Shown one piece after another: positions 31,820 to 32,000 of a stretch of 32,000 nucleotides of DNA. Origin of the DNA: an uncultured Planctomycetia bacterium (GTDB taxonomy: Bacteria > Omnitrophota > Gorgyraeia > Duberdicusellales > 4484-171); assembly GCA_964536865.1 (NCBI GenBank), contig CAZHYN010000013.1:1-32000 (forward strand), read 5' to 3'. Position 1 is the first letter of the stretch. Each line of letters opens with the position of its first letter. Under the pieces are notes generated by a model. It was not told where the DNA came from. It searched no databases and saw only the letters and a program-made list of their open reading frames with translations. Position numbers and translations under genes: made by a program.

Positions 31820-32000
31820 ATGTTTACAGGAATTGTTAAAGATATAGGAAGAGTAAAAAAGATTGTAAAGAGGGTAAACTTATGGAGGGTAGGAATTAAC
31901 TGTCTGAGACTCTATAAAGAAAGTTCTTTATCTGATAGTATCTCTGTAAATGGGGTATGTCTTACCTTGACTGAAAAAAAACAAGACTTGCTTTTCTTTG
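31820..32000 (+). CDS. ribE: Riboflavin synthase alpha chain, N-terminal fragment (runs off the right edge)
   Basis: Own translation from ATG 31820: MFTGIVKDIGRVKKIVKRVNLWRVGINCLRLYKESSLSDSISVNGVCLTLTEKKQDLLFF. The MFTGIV start and SISVNGVCLT are riboflavin synthase signatures. Confidence 0.8.
   Translation, partial: MFTGIVKDIGRVKKIVKRVNLWRVGINCLRLYKESSLSDSISVNGVCLTLTEKKQDLLFF

Overview
Visibly AT-rich, densely coding bacterial chromosomal segment from a diderm-type organism (it has a secretin and a GT9 heptosyltransferase-like gene). No rRNA, tRNA, CRISPR array, transposase or integrase was seen. LEFT FLANK (1-6.2 kb): the 5' part of a secreted coiled-coil protein, an NSS-family Na+ symporter, a class-A beta-lactamase-like serine hydrolase, glgC, and a Ski2-like SF2 helicase on the minus strand. 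CENTRE (6.3-23.1 kb): a large type IV filament supercluster (T4P/T2SS-like) in three promoter-defined blocks. Block 1 is a coiled-coil protein plus four prepilin-type minor pilins (H/I/J/K-like). Block 2 is a fused PilM-PilN, a PilO-like and a PilP-position protein. Block 3 is secretin, a TM-anchored coiled-coil protein, a TPR protein, PilB/GspE ATPase, PilC/GspF platform, a sensor-less histidine kinase, a PilZ protein, a receiver-only response regulator, and a T2SSE_N::PilZ fusion. After block 3 comes a G+C-rich structured leader that I read as a c-di-GMP-I (GEMM-I) riboswitch with a large branched insertion and an intrinsic terminator. The major pilin gene follows. No PilT-like retraction ATPase, prepilin peptidase or GGDEF/EAL/HD-GYP gene lies in the window. 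RIGHT (23.1-32 kb): two tandem minus-strand TMTC/PMT-like GT-C membrane glycosyltransferases with C-terminal TPR arrays, which share a perfect 441-bp block. These are followed by a GT2 polyprenyl-phosphate-sugar-synthase-like gene, GT9, GT4, a SAM methyltransferase, a UPF0104-like membrane protein and the start of riboflavin synthase. MOST INTERESTING: (a) c-di-GMP wiring of the pilus machine at several levels (riboswitch, two canonical PilZ domains, a stand-alone ATPase N-domain fused to PilZ); (b) long membrane-anchored coiled-coil proteins translationally coupled to the secretin and to the minor-pilin operon; (c) a candidate periplasmic protein O-glycosylation module convergent with the pilin gene; (d) operon-first genes whose consensus -10 boxes sit 6-14 nt from the start codon, implying leaderless or near-leaderless mRNAs. 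All family calls come from motif recognition by eye. No database search was run.
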